DNA of 32,000 bases from Candidatus Lokiarchaeum ossiferum (GTDB lineage Archaea > Asgardarchaeota > Lokiarchaeia > Sigyniarchaeales > Promethearchaeaceae): the NCBI GenBank assembly GCA_025839675.1, contig CP104013.1, forward strand, positions 5,730,001-5,762,000. Direction: 5' to 3'. The position numbers and the translations under genes were made by a program. The notes under the pieces are model-generated. The model saw only the letters and a program-made list of their open reading frames with translations. It was not told where the DNA came from and ran no database searches. Positions 18,006 through 26,922 of this stretch are shown here, one piece after another. Each line of letters starts with the position of its first letter. Within the stretch, counting starts at the first letter, position 1.

Positions 18006-18602
18006 ATGGCTACAATAATGAATCGAAAAAAGAATAATAAAATAATATCTTCGTTAATAGCTATTACTGCAATAATTATTAGGATTATGACAGATTACTT
18101 AATTAATATTATTTCAAATAATAATGAATGGATATCAACTCTTTTAGGAATAATTAAATTCGTATTTCCCACCCTATGTTTTTTATGGGTTTTTTTAAGA
18201 ATTTACGGAGATTATTGCGGAAAAAGACAAGAATTTCTTGAAATAATAGGATATTCAGGAACTAAGTGGTATCAATTTATAGATAAATGCTATGTAAAAC
18301 CTAATGAATATAAATCAATGAAGCACATTTTAAAAACTGAAAAAATTCTTTTTATCATTGGGCCTCCGCAGTATGGAAAAACCTATACAGCGGTAAAATT
18401 TCTTAAAGAATTTTATATTAAAAAAAAATTAAATCCTATTTGGATTAAAGGAGATTCAGTCCAAAACAGAAGAGTTTCAAGACAATTTTTGCTAGAATTA
18501 GAAACAAAGAATGTACAAGATTCAATCATCTATATTGAAGATCCTTTTGGAAAAACAAAGTATGAAAGAAGAGTTGGGATCGAGAGAAATTTGCTAGAAT
18601 AA
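18006..18602 (+). CDS. N-terminal fragment of a frameshifted membrane-anchored STAND-like P-loop NTPase
   Basis: Two hydrophobic helices (aa ~15-28 and ~45-66), Walker A GPPQYGKT (aa 119-126) and a Walker B-like SIIYIEDPFG (aa 173-182). The ORF stops 16 codons later at TAA 18600-18602. Confidence 0.6.
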   Translation: MATIMNRKKNNKIISSLIAITAIIIRIMTDYLINIISNNNEWISTLLGIIKFVFPTLCFLWVFLRIYGDYCGKRQEFLEIIGYSGTKWYQFIDKCYVKPNEYKSMKHILKTEKILFIIGPPQYGKTYTAVKFLKEFYIKKKLNPIWIKGDSVQNRRVSRQFLLELETKNVQDSIIYIEDPFGKTKYERRVGIERNLLE

Positions 18603-18721
18603 TCTCGTATATTAAAAAGACTACAAATTCATACCTAATAATTACTTCCAGAGATGAAACTTTTCAAAAATTTAAGGATAGTCAAATTCTTGGAGAAAAA
18701 ATAAGAAATTATTACGAAACA

Positions 18722-20005
18722 ATGAAAATATATTATCCTTCTTATGATTTATCAAAACGAAAGAAAATATTAAAAAAATGGGCAAAGATTGAGCATTGTT
18801 GGTGGAGGAAAAACCGAAAAATGAGAAATTTTATCTTTGATCAATTTAATAGCCCTATATTATTTCCTTCCCCTCTAAGTATTTGGAATTTTGCAGCTTT
18901 CTCGAAAAATATTAAGGAATTCGATGAAATAGAAAAAGAATTGTCTTCCACTCCAAACGAGTTTCTTAGTGATTACAGTAAAATATTTGAGAATTTATCT
19001 AGTGAAAGACAAATTATTTTCTGCCTAATATCCATTGCAGAGTGGAACGCTATTGTATTGGAAGCAAAATATGACCATCTATGTTCAAAGATTAATATTT
19101 CAAATCCCTTGGATTTTACTAAGTTAATAGAAATGCTAGAAGGGCAATATCTTATTATCTATAAAGAAGATAATGTATCCTATGTCAAATTTATTCATCC
19201 AATCTTTCATGAATCCTTTTTATTTAGCTTTTTTAGATCAAATTCTGTAAAAAATGGTTATAAAGAGATGATTGTGAAAATTTTTACTATGATGCTTGAT
19301 AGTGATTACTCTCTTTCTTTTGATCCCCACGATATTGATAGTGAATGGGATGATTTTGATGATTATCAAGACGAAACGAACGCTAGTTTAGTTAATGAAA
19401 AAAAAATATCTGATTTAGATCTTCATTTTAGTAACGAACCCATAATTGATTTTATAGTAAATAATTATAACATATTGCCAAATAAAATTCAACTAATTCT
19501 TTTTTCTCTTTCAGAAAAAGAAAATTCAGCAGGGATGGTCGGTAAGTGCTTATCTAATCATTTTTCAGAACTACCAGAAGAATTAGTAAAGCTGACAAAA
19601 AAAATTTTAACAGGTAATATTTGGCCTTGGGGACCCATTGAATATTTGATTGCGCAAATTAATTATATTCCTGGAGATTTTCAAAATATCATCTTGGATT
19701 TATCAAAGCAGGAAGAGTTTTATGTTGATATTAGCTATAGTTTCAGTCCATATTTTGACAACATCTCAGAAGTATTGCAAACTAAGCTTATTCATAATTT
19801 AATTGATAATGATCGTAGAGATCAATATATCTTGCATGCAATCAATTACCATTTTGATAAATTTTCATTATCAAGGAAAAAGGAAATAATTTCTCATATT
19901 AAATCCTACCCAGAATTAATCGATCTAATAAAAAATGGAAATATTAATCCTCATGATAATCAAAAATTAAAAGATTATTTACTCTTGGTAGATGGGGCAA
20001 TATAA
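18722..20005 (+). CDS. C-terminal fragment of the same STAND-like NTPase
   Basis: This frame is open from 18566 and reads ...EKFARIISYIKKTTNSYLIITSRDETF before the first ATG at 18722. LIITSR is the hhhTSR-type motif that follows Walker B in NACHT/STAND NTPases. About 400 aa of helical sequence follow. Confidence 0.6.
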   Translation: MKIYYPSYDLSKRKKILKKWAKIEHCWWRKNRKMRNFIFDQFNSPILFPSPLSIWNFAAFSKNIKEFDEIEKELSSTPNEFLSDYSKIFENLSSERQIIFCLISIAEWNAIVLEAKYDHLCSKINISNPLDFTKLIEMLEGQYLIIYKEDNVSYVKFIHPIFHESFLFSFFRSNSVKNGYKEMIVKIFTMMLDSDYSLSFDPHDIDSEWDDFDDYQDETNASLVNEKKISDLDLHFSNEPIIDFIVNNYNILPNKIQLILFSLSEKENSAGMVGKCLSNHFSELPEELVKLTKKILTGNIWPWGPIEYLIAQINYIPGDFQNIILDLSKQEEFYVDISYSFSPYFDNISEVLQTKLIHNLIDNDRRDQYILHAINYHFDKFSLSRKKEIISHIKSYPELIDLIKNGNINPHDNQKLKDYLLLVDGAI

Positions 20006-20292
20006 TTGATAGTCTATAATAAATCTAAAAAAATTTCAATCATCAAATTATTTATCTCCAATATTTACTTATTCGTATCTTAATTATTAAAAATGTTTAA
20101 AAAGGCTTTTTTCTAATTCTTTGATGTGTCCAGCAAAAAAGAGGAAATTATCCAACATTATTTTTCAGTAATTGAAAAAGCAGAATCTGATTCCCTAGTT
20201 ATTATTCAAAAAATTCGAGAATATTATACCACAAACCATGAATTTTCAAAAGAAAATATAATAAGTATTATCGAGGAAGGGGCAATAAGAGA

Positions 20293-22683
20293 GTGAAATT
20301 AAAAAATATTGATATAACCGCTTTTCGAGGTGTGCCTGCAACAAGGATTAATCTTGATAAAAAAAATTTAATCTTGTTAGGTGAAAATGGGTTTGGTAAA
20401 TCATCGATTGTGGAAGCCTTTGAATTTTTTTTTACCGGGGACCTGGAATTTAGAAAACCTCAGGAAATTCGTAAAGAGCATTTTACTACTTTAGGATTTT
20501 CCCCAGATAAAACCAAGCTGGAATTTACATTTGAGAATAATGAAATTCTTGAGAGAAATCTTACTGCCTTTGTTGATTTTGGCTCCAAATCAACAGAATT
20601 ATCTAACTTTGTCAAAAATTCTGCACTAGTTCGCTTTATCTTGCGGCGAAAACATATAATTCAATATATTGAAGCCCGTCCATCTATCCGATATAATGAG
20701 ATTACATCTTTAATTGGTCTGGATGATTTAAAAAAAGCAGAAACTACTTTTCGGAAAGTATTTCAACACTATGATAATAAATTGAGGCATATTGAAAACG
20801 ATCTCTTTCAAAAAGAAAAATACCTGTCTACACATCTACCAAAAACCAAAGATGGTGATTTCCTGCAGCGGATTAATTTATTTCTTCAACAGAATGATGT
20901 TAATTCAATTTCTTCTTTTCAAGAATTGGACAATAGATTAAAGACTTTAATCAAGGAAAATCCAGACAATTCAAATATTATTCAGCAATTCTCTTTTTTA
21001 AAAGCAACAAAGTCGAAATTATCCGAAGGAATCCGATTGATAAAATTATGTAAAAAATCACCTCTTAAATCCCATTTAGATGATTTCTTTCAATTTGATA
21101 AAGTTTTAATTACAGATATGGAAGAATCAAAGCAAAGACTATCATTCTTAATCGAATGTAAAAAACATCTACATATATCTAAATATCAAGGTATTTGCCC
21201 TGTATGTTCTCAAAGTATTTCCACCTCAGAAGTTGATAATAATATTGCAAATGAAATTAGAAGGTTAGAAGTCAAACTGGCTCAAAAAACAGAATATAGT
21301 CAAAAAATCACCATTTTGTTAAAAATGCTTCAAGATTTTCAAACTTATCTTAGTAAAATCATCTTATTAGATATATTTCCTATTAAAGAGCTGGATATAT
21401 TGAAAATGGTTAAAAAAAAAATTGAGGTATTTGATCAGAAAATTGAGGATATTGGAAAACCTAGTGGAAATATCTTTAAAGATATTGAATCTGATTTAAA
21501 TAATCTCGATAAATTTTTAAAAATTCAAATTGAAGGTATAAGAAAGAATTTACTCGAATTAGAGCCAGCGATAATATCTCATCCAAAATTTAATCTAATA
21601 AAGACCATTCCATTAATTCAGAAAACCTATCAAGATCTAATAGAATTACAAAAACAAGCAGAAATCATACTTCCAAAAAAGAAACTAACAGAAAAACTAT
21701 TAACTCACTTTTTGGATGTTGAGAGAAAAAAAATTCAAGAAATTTTTACAGAAATTCAGGAGAAAGTCCGAATATTTTATCGGATGCTTCATCCAACGGA
21801 TGATTTTTGTAATATAATTTTAGATCATGTTGATAACAATAAATTGAAACTTTTAATTGATTTTAGTACATCAAATGGTCAAGATCCACGTGCATATGAA
21901 AGTGAAGGACATCTTGATTCTTTAGCAATTTGTATTTTTCTGGCATATTTTAAAACCTTTCATAATGAATTTCCGTATCTTATTTTAGATGATGTTTTAA
22001 CCTCTATTGATAGTCAACATCGATCTAGATACTGTGATTTATTGTTATCTAACTTTCCAAATCAACAACTTATCATCACCACCCATGATAAAATATGGTT
22101 TGATTATATTTCTGGGCATATTCGAGCTAAAGGACAACAAAGTAAATTTTTAGAAATTCAGATAATCAGATGGGATCTAGAAGGCGGACTTCAATTTAAA
22201 AAAGTTATTCCTGAGGAAGATATGATCGATAAACTGATTGAAGATAATTTGATGAGTGCTGCTGGAAACCAGATAAGAATACTTTTTGAGAGAATTTTAA
22301 AAGATTTCTGTAAAATGTTTGAATTCTCGCTTAAATACAAGGAGAATAATGATCATACTATTGGTGATCTATTTCCCACTATAAAAAAGCAAATTTGTGG
22401 ACTAATTTTGAACGAACCTTTAAAATCTAGAGTGGACAATTTGTTTACAAAAATCGAAGCACATAGATGGATGGGAAATTTGCTCTCACATGATAATATG
22501 GATAGAAGTTCAATTACAACCGAAGAAGTTCAAATTTTTAAAGAATTGGTATTTTCTCTTAATAAATTATTTATTTGCGATGATTGCAATAATAAAATGG
22601 TCTATGCAAAAGAACTCAGAACAATTAAATGTAAATCTCTGGACTGTGTTTGTTCAAACCAAGGTGCAACAAAAAATCGGTAA
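20293..22683 (+). CDS. RloC-like protein: Rad50/SMC-type ABC ATPase with a coiled-coil zinc hook, a C-terminal PrrC/RloC-like HEPN region and a terminal zinc ribbon
   Basis: GTG start. ITAFRGV...LILLGENGFGKSS (Walker A, aa 30-37). A long Lys/Glu/Leu-rich insert has CPVC at aa 302-305. Signature-like SEGHLDSL, Walker B YLILDDVLTSID (aa 562-573), H-loop IITTHD. Downstream come R662-x3-E666 (QIRILFERIL), N729-x3-H733 (MGNLLSHD) and CDDC...C-x4-C-x-C (aa 762-787). Confidence 0.7.
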   Translation: MKLKNIDITAFRGVPATRINLDKKNLILLGENGFGKSSIVEAFEFFFTGDLEFRKPQEIRKEHFTTLGFSPDKTKLEFTFENNEILERNLTAFVDFGSKSTELSNFVKNSALVRFILRRKHIIQYIEARPSIRYNEITSLIGLDDLKKAETTFRKVFQHYDNKLRHIENDLFQKEKYLSTHLPKTKDGDFLQRINLFLQQNDVNSISSFQELDNRLKTLIKENPDNSNIIQQFSFLKATKSKLSEGIRLIKLCKKSPLKSHLDDFFQFDKVLITDMEESKQRLSFLIECKKHLHISKYQGICPVCSQSISTSEVDNNIANEIRRLEVKLAQKTEYSQKITILLKMLQDFQTYLSKIILLDIFPIKELDILKMVKKKIEVFDQKIEDIGKPSGNIFKDIESDLNNLDKFLKIQIEGIRKNLLELEPAIISHPKFNLIKTIPLIQKTYQDLIELQKQAEIILPKKKLTEKLLTHFLDVERKKIQEIFTEIQEKVRIFYRMLHPTDDFCNIILDHVDNNKLKLLIDFSTSNGQDPRAYESEGHLDSLAICIFLAYFKTFHNEFPYLILDDVLTSIDSQHRSRYCDLLLSNFPNQQLIITTHDKIWFDYISGHIRAKGQQSKFLEIQIIRWDLEGGLQFKKVIPEEDMIDKLIEDNLMSAAGNQIRILFERILKDFCKMFEFSLKYKENNDHTIGDLFPTIKKQICGLILNEPLKSRVDNLFTKIEAHRWMGNLLSHDNMDRSSITTEEVQIFKELVFSLNKLFICDDCNNKMVYAKELRTIKCKSLDCVCSNQGATKNR

Positions 22684-22754
22684 TTTTTTGATTAGGCGCT
22701 TCTTTCTAAAATTTACGTTATATCAAACATAAAAATTATATTGTTTCATTTTTT

Positions 22755-23252
22755 TTATTGTGACCAGTGATTCTGAGTAATTATCTTCTCCAATTTCAAA
22801 TATAATGAAATTCCTTTCTGAGCCAAAATCTTTGGTCCATCATTAAAGGGAGAAATCCCTTCTATCATAAAAGTTGGAGAATCTTCGACATCATTATCAA
22901 TTTCCCAATTCGCGAATAAATTTGATTGGGGAGTTTTTGGATGTTCTAATTCCCCTCTTTTAGCAGAAAATTTCTGAATTTCTGTGACTAATGATGTATC
23001 TATAAAATCCATTTTTTTTAATAGTTCATTCAATGTGGAAATTCTCCAATATTTCCTTTTATTATTAAAATGGGGTAATTCTCTTAATTTAACAATTAAT
23101 AATGAAGTCATCGCGGAATGAATGCAAAAAATTGCTCCAAAAAATAAATTTTCATTGAAGCATTTTAAGGCTTCGTTTTTCATTTCAAGAAAATGAAAAG
23201 ACCTATCTAAGTACAAACCTTTATTTTCGGGAGGGATTTTATCGTTCTTCAT
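22755..23252 (-). CDS. small helical protein with an Rx4H HEPN-like motif
   Basis: 165 aa. The N-terminal helix pair ALKCFNENLFFGAIFCIHSAMTSLLI resembles the first HEPN helices. SAKRGELEHP gives R99-x4-H104, matching the HEPN Rx4-6H signature. Confidence 0.4.
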   Translation of the reverse strand: MKNDKIPPENKGLYLDRSFHFLEMKNEALKCFNENLFFGAIFCIHSAMTSLLIVKLRELPHFNNKRKYWRISTLNELLKKMDFIDTSLVTEIQKFSAKRGELEHPKTPQSNLFANWEIDNDVEDSPTFMIEGISPFNDGPKILAQKGISLYLKLEKIITQNHWSQ

Positions 23253-23480
23253 TAGTAATACTTCTTATTCTTTATTAAAATTCAAATCTCTAACAAGATA
23301 TAAGTATTTCCATCAGATCTTTGGTTGGATAAAAAAAATCTGAGTATGACTGAGATTAATTTGACATACCGATATTTTAATGGTCGCTACAAAATCTTCC
23401 AATGTCTTCACCAATTCCAGAAATTATGAGCGTAAGTTGCGGATGAATCATCAAATAGCGTCAATCTGTTTTTGAGTTCT

Positions 23481-25676
23481 TCATTTGAATGGATCCTGTA
23501 ATATTATCCATTTGACAATTCCGTAATCAGTTGGTGTCTCTTGTTGATGAAGTATGCTAAACATTTTTGATACCGTTTGATCTATTCCCAAAGCGATACC
23601 TAAATTCTTATTTGTAATTCTCATATCTTCGATTAATTGACCTAAAACTTCATCCTTCGCAGTATTACTCTCAATTTTTTTTACTTCGATCAGAATATTG
23701 TTATCAACTGATATATCAATATGAGTTGTTCTCACTAATTTATCATTAAGAACAACGCTTGGGAAATGATTTCTCAATTCTTCACAGATTCGAGGGTTTA
23801 TTCCACGATCTTCATGAGGGAGTGGATCAGAAAACATCTCTTCCAATTTCAAATTCGAAAGAAATTTTGATAATTTGTTGAATTGCGGAGTTTTTGTAAA
23901 TATTGGTTGAAGCCCTAGTTTCCGTCTTGAGGATTCAATTAAAACCAATCCACGTTCAGTTGCAATATCCCGAATAGTTAATTGATTGGAAACAGAAAAT
24001 TCTTGCAATATTTTTTTTAGCACTGGGGATTCTAATTCTTCGGATTCTAACAAAATTTCTTTCATTGCATCAAGAGCGCTTTTACAAATAAGTTGGCATT
24101 CAACCAATTTTTCAGTATTAGGTATCATTTGTTGGGAAACTGGTATCTCTTGCCATTTATTAAGAATCTTCAAAATACCGCTAGGGAATAGTTCCCCAAA
24201 TTTTTCAATATCTGCTTTAAGTTTTCTAATATTTCTAGTAGTATCGACTACTTCTCCGTGTGTTAAATATAGGAGATCTTCAATAATTGTCCAAGTTGGG
24301 AGGCATTTATGAACCTCATCGAAATTTTCATTATATAAATCAAATAATTTGTGAAGTGTCTCAAACTTGGATTTTGCCTTCTTAATATCTCGATTTCCAA
24401 TAGCCAGCGGTATCTCATGTTGGATAATGTTAATTTCCAATTCTGCTTTCTCTTTTTCTGATATGCTTACACTAATTGCCTTTTGATTATACATTATTAC
24501 CTTTTTTGAATTTAAGGATTTTTTATAATGTTTAATTAAGTTGATGTAAATAGAATGTATGTCCTGTTGATGAATTTTGGAAAAAAAAGAACTTTCTATA
24601 TTCGGAACCACTTTTTCAAAATGAATTTTTTCATACAATGGAAGAAGCCTTTCAGCAATTAAGGGACAATAAAAAGATGTCTGTTCAACACAACTTAAAA
24701 TATCTTGCACAAAATTTGGATTCCATTGAATTGATTCAGGAGGAAGATCTAATTCAGGTACTTCCAAAATATTATTAAGCAAAGGTGTGAAGAAATCTAC
24801 GTATATCTGAATTGAATTTTCTTGAAAATCAACATAGGATGGAATGGAATTAAGTATTCGCAATAATTGCGATTGAGTTCTTAAATCTTCTGAAGAATTA
24901 TAATGATCAATAATTATCAAAATCCATTCGTTTTTATATTTCCTTGATTCAAAAAGGACATAATGCAAACCATCAATGAATGTTTGCTTTGCAAATTCAT
25001 CATTCAATCGATTATAATTCTCTAAATACTTATCAATAATCTCTTCACTCCAGTCCAAATATCGGATATTTCGGGCAAATCGAAGAAAACATTCACCTAG
25101 GATTTTCATGGAGTATGCGATTATATACTCATTTTCATTAGTTAAGCACAACTCTTGTAAACGATTAAAATGACCCTCGAATTTCTGGAACAAGGTTGAA
25201 GCAAACCTATCTAGAACAATTAATGAAAAAGTGATAATATCCAAATTATCAGAATAAATATTATTAAATAGTAGGGATAATAGTTCATTCATTTGAGAAA
25301 AAAAGAGGCGAGTGCATTGGGCTAAAATATGTAATCCCATGAGCTGATTTTTTAAAGAATCTCCTTGAATATTTTCCCAGATAAACTTTTTAATAGCAGA
25401 TTTCAAAATGGAATTATTTTGGCCATGAAAATCAACAAAAATATATCTAGCAAAAATTGAGGCGGAATAGGAAGGAAATTCTTCTTGATTATAGACACTC
25501 TCAATTCCTTCCAAAAACTCATCTAAATATTCTGGGTCGCGAGATAGTTTTTTTTGAATTTCACTTAGTTTCTCTTGATATTCTATGGTTATTTTGTTTT
25601 GAGAAATTCTCATATACTCATTTATTAGCTGATTGATATTCACCATGTTTAATCCCATATTAATATAAATGATCAT
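23481..25676 (-). CDS. large helical-repeat protein with an HTH-like segment and a C-terminal PD-(D/E)xK nuclease-like motif
   Basis: 731 aa. The N-terminal ~380 aa is all-helical and repeat-like. LTIRDIATERGLVLIESSRRKLG looks like an HTH. The C-terminus THIDISVDNNILIEVKK gives D654...E665-x-K667, followed by GQLIED. Alternative starts at 25658 or 25646 sit just after the upstream stop codon (25660). Confidence 0.55.
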   Translation of the reverse strand: MIIYINMGLNMVNINQLINEYMRISQNKITIEYQEKLSEIQKKLSRDPEYLDEFLEGIESVYNQEEFPSYSASIFARYIFVDFHGQNNSILKSAIKKFIWENIQGDSLKNQLMGLHILAQCTRLFFSQMNELLSLLFNNIYSDNLDIITFSLIVLDRFASTLFQKFEGHFNRLQELCLTNENEYIIAYSMKILGECFLRFARNIRYLDWSEEIIDKYLENYNRLNDEFAKQTFIDGLHYVLFESRKYKNEWILIIIDHYNSSEDLRTQSQLLRILNSIPSYVDFQENSIQIYVDFFTPLLNNILEVPELDLPPESIQWNPNFVQDILSCVEQTSFYCPLIAERLLPLYEKIHFEKVVPNIESSFFSKIHQQDIHSIYINLIKHYKKSLNSKKVIMYNQKAISVSISEKEKAELEINIIQHEIPLAIGNRDIKKAKSKFETLHKLFDLYNENFDEVHKCLPTWTIIEDLLYLTHGEVVDTTRNIRKLKADIEKFGELFPSGILKILNKWQEIPVSQQMIPNTEKLVECQLICKSALDAMKEILLESEELESPVLKKILQEFSVSNQLTIRDIATERGLVLIESSRRKLGLQPIFTKTPQFNKLSKFLSNLKLEEMFSDPLPHEDRGINPRICEELRNHFPSVVLNDKLVRTTHIDISVDNNILIEVKKIESNTAKDEVLGQLIEDMRITNKNLGIALGIDQTVSKMFSILHQQETPTDYGIVKWIILQDPFK

Positions 25677-26244
25677 ATATCATTTTTAATGTCGAAGAAT
25701 AAATGCTAAGGAGATTCTGGAGTTGTCCTAGTGATAGATCTGAGTGAGGTTTTCGAATCTCCCTGTCAAGCTCGTTTCCAATTGCCTTACATCGATAGAT
25801 CAAGAATTTTGCAGTACCTTCTTTTTCAATAGCATGATGATATATTTTTGGATCTTGTACCCCTAAATCCCGAATTAAATTCTCTATATGATTTTTTATT
25901 GGATTTTCCAAATTGATATATATATCTGAATGTTGTATTTTTATTACTTCTTTTAAAATAATTTTGAGTTCAAATTCAAATTGGGAAATCTCTTGATGAA
26001 AATCAAGAGAACCATGTATTATTCTGAGACCTTCAAATAAAGACACATAATATTGGTCATAATCTTCTTGGGAAGTAAATCGATTATTTTCCATTAAGGA
26101 GATTATATCTCCCAGAAGATCTTCACATTTTTCACACTTATAGTGGGGGTAATTCAGAATTCTCCCATTTTTCAACTTCATTGGAAAATGTTTTAATATT
26201 TTGGATGTAGGTTGTCTGCAAAATATACAGTATTTTTGACTCAT
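25660..26244 (-). CDS. zinc-ribbon protein, first gene of the operon
   Basis: 194 aa. C6-x2-C9 and C36-x2-C39 (CIFC...CEKC) form a four-Cys ribbon, and the rest is helical. It overlaps or abuts the 731-aa gene, which suggests translational coupling. Confidence 0.55.
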   Translation of the reverse strand: MSQKYCIFCRQPTSKILKHFPMKLKNGRILNYPHYKCEKCEDLLGDIISLMENNRFTSQEDYDQYYVSLFEGLRIIHGSLDFHQEISQFEFELKIILKEVIKIQHSDIYINLENPIKNHIENLIRDLGVQDPKIYHHAIEKEGTAKFLIYRCKAIGNELDREIRKPHSDLSLGQLQNLLSIYSSTLKMIYDHLY

Positions 26245-26265
26245 GATTACTAATACTTTTTTCGA

Positions 26266-26275
26266 TTTATATTAA
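26266..26275 (-). promoter_or_regulatory. TATA-like box for the 26244 operon
   Basis: The minus strand reads TTAATATAAA, with its 5' end 31 nt upstream of the ATG at 26244. This spacing fits an archaeal leaderless or near-leaderless transcript. Confidence 0.3.
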
Positions 26276-26524
26276 TTTAGGTTTTCAATATGCATTCAAT
26301 ATTGTCTGGCTCAAATTAGGATAGGATATACCCATCGAAAGATTAAAAGAAGTAATTTAGTAAGGAAAATCCAAATAGAAGCGATTAGTAGACCAAATAA
26401 AATTTTTCAATTTATAATTCATCATTATAACATCGCCTTTTTTGCATATTTTAAGACCGACAACTAAAACGATGAAGTGACCATACTCCTAATTTTTGAA
26501 CATTATCAGAACGATGCGTAGCAT

Positions 26525-26821
26525 CTATGAAAAAGAATGGGAAATAGAAAATCTCCTGGCCATAATTGGAGAAACCTTATATTGTTGGATAGCTGAGTCG
26601 ATCCCTGCCTTATATTGCTGGCATTGTACCAATATGGCTTTTCCAAACTCGGGGAGAACTAAGTCTTCAGATACGCTACCCCAAAATTGCTTGATTTGGG
26701 CTAGGAGCTCGTGTGGGGCAGTATTCATCAATACCTCATAACATGCATGGGACGAACTGGCAAAAATGGGGTGGTCGATTAATTCGGTTTGGAAACCATC
26801 AAATCCTTTGCGATAAAGCAT
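26525..26821 (-). CDS. hypothetical protein (higher-GC block)
   Basis: 98-aa ORF on the same strand as the upstream higher-GC genes. Its sequence looks more protein-like than the overlapping plus-strand ORF 26496..26741. Confidence 0.4.
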   Translation of the reverse strand: MLYRKGFDGFQTELIDHPIFASSSHACYEVLMNTAPHELLAQIKQFWGSVSEDLVLPEFGKAILVQCQQYKAGIDSAIQQYKVSPIMARRFSISHSFS

Positions 26822-26840
26822 ATAGGATCGAGGGCTAACA

Positions 26841-26849
26841 GGGGGGGGG
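26841..26849. repeat. G9 (C9 on the minus strand) homopolymer
   Basis: Read directly from the sequence: acaGGGGGGGGGtta. It lies 20-28 nt upstream of the ATG at 26821, in the 101-nt gap between two minus-strand genes. Confidence 0.9.
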
Positions 26850-26922
26850 TTATAGGTATCATGGGATGGTCACTTTAGAGATTTTAAAAAAAAAGAAATT
26901 GAGCTCGGGGTTCCAATATAGA

